In this document: positions 43,965-44,492 of the stretch, piece after piece | Numbering within the stretch: the first letter of the stretch is position 1 | Layout of the letters: every line of letters starts with the position of its first letter | DNA from: a virus | Lineage: Duplodnaviria > Caudoviricetes | Virus record (IMG/VR): IMGVR_UViG_3300033480_000005 | Location: 1-44,492 of that record | Length of the DNA: 44,492 nucleotides | Reading direction: 5' to 3' (one strand) | Position numbers and translations under genes: made by a program | The notes under the pieces: generated by a model | The model's input: the letters and a program-made list of their open reading frames with translations, nothing else | What the model was told of the DNA's origin: nothing | Databases searched by the model: none

Positions 43965-44492
43965 TGGTCCTTCTCCTTGCGCGGACTCACCAATTTAGAA
44001 ATATCCTTCTCGCCCACCACTTTGCATCGAAATACGCGAAACTTGCCGTCCGTAGCCGTGGGGATTGCCGCGATGTCCTTGGCCTTGAATTCGACAATAA
44101 AGACTCGATATCCATCCTCCCAATTTTTTAAGCACCAATCCAAAGTAGCTAAAGAAATTCCCACCGCGCATTGCTGATTTATGTCCGTGCAAGCGTCCAA
44201 TACCTCGTATTCCTTACCTATTTCGTAATTGATGGGTGTTCCCCCATTTTGCTTTGCCATTGGACTAAGGCCTTCATTAGTAACCATCTTATAGGCATGT
44301 ATTTCTCCTGGTTGATCCAATAGCATAAGGAGCGGAGTGCAACGTTCTGGTTGTATGCCATTAGCGCCTGCGAGGTCCGCGCCTGCGATGTTCGCGCCTG
44401 CGAGGTTCGCGCCTGCGAGGTCCGCGCCTATGAGATTCGCGCCTGCGAGGTCCGCGCGTGTGAGGTCCGCGCATGCGAGGTCCGCGCCTGCG
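43961..44492 (-). CDS. Pentapeptide-repeat protein, C-terminal part (full gene = 336..1 + 44377..43961, about 250 aa)
   Basis: ...ADLAGANGIQPERCTPLLMLLDQPGEIHAYK...Y..GK.Y......D....C..G......LDW...IA.IP...DGKFRV..C.VV.E; in frame across the join. Confidence 0.88.
   Translation of the reverse strand, partial: AGADLACADLTRADLAGANLIGADLAGANLAGANIAGADLAGANGIQPERCTPLLMLLDQPGEIHAYKMVTNEGLSPMAKQNGGTPINYEIGKEYEVLDACTDINQQCAVGISLATLDWCLKNWEDGYRVFIVEFKAKDIAAIPTATDGKFRVFRCKVVGEKDISKLVSPRKEKDQ
44378..44492. repeat. Terminal overlap, right copy of 1-115
   Basis: Exact identity by inspection. Confidence 0.9.

Noticed and set aside
44378-44492. Biological direct terminal repeat
   Set aside because: It falls mid-gene inside a coding repeat, which is typical of assembler overlap rather than a packaging end

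Overview
This window is an apparently complete, circularly permuted tailed-phage genome of about 44,377 bp. Bases 1-115 are identical to 44378-44492, and a pentapeptide-repeat gene reads in frame across the join. Most genes are on the - strand. The podovirus-like (P22/T7-style order) morphogenesis block holds TerS/TerL, portal, scaffold, major capsid, ~9.5 kb of accessory virion proteins (including a heparinase II/III-like lyase and a beta-helix tailspike), adaptor, nozzle and four probable DNA-ejection proteins. The leftward early/middle operon holds an HTH protein, an Imm5-like protein, a DUF2800 Cas4-like exonuclease, a putative SSAP, an MT-A70 methyltransferase, a PD-(D/E)XK nuclease, a VRR-NUC protein and a replication initiator with internal iterons. 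There are also two short + strand operons. I recognise no integrase, CI-type repressor, DNA polymerase, helicase or endolysin. The most notable feature is two arrays of GC-rich, large-loop hairpins (1706-2005 and 6024-6337), each ending in a terminator-like stem and each crossed by a leader ORF. Their loops and linkers carry 8-13 nt sequences exactly complementary to the translation-start regions of several of the phage's own early genes. This is a candidate multi-target antisense-RNA regulatory/immunity system. All functional calls come from motif recognition by eye; no searches were run.
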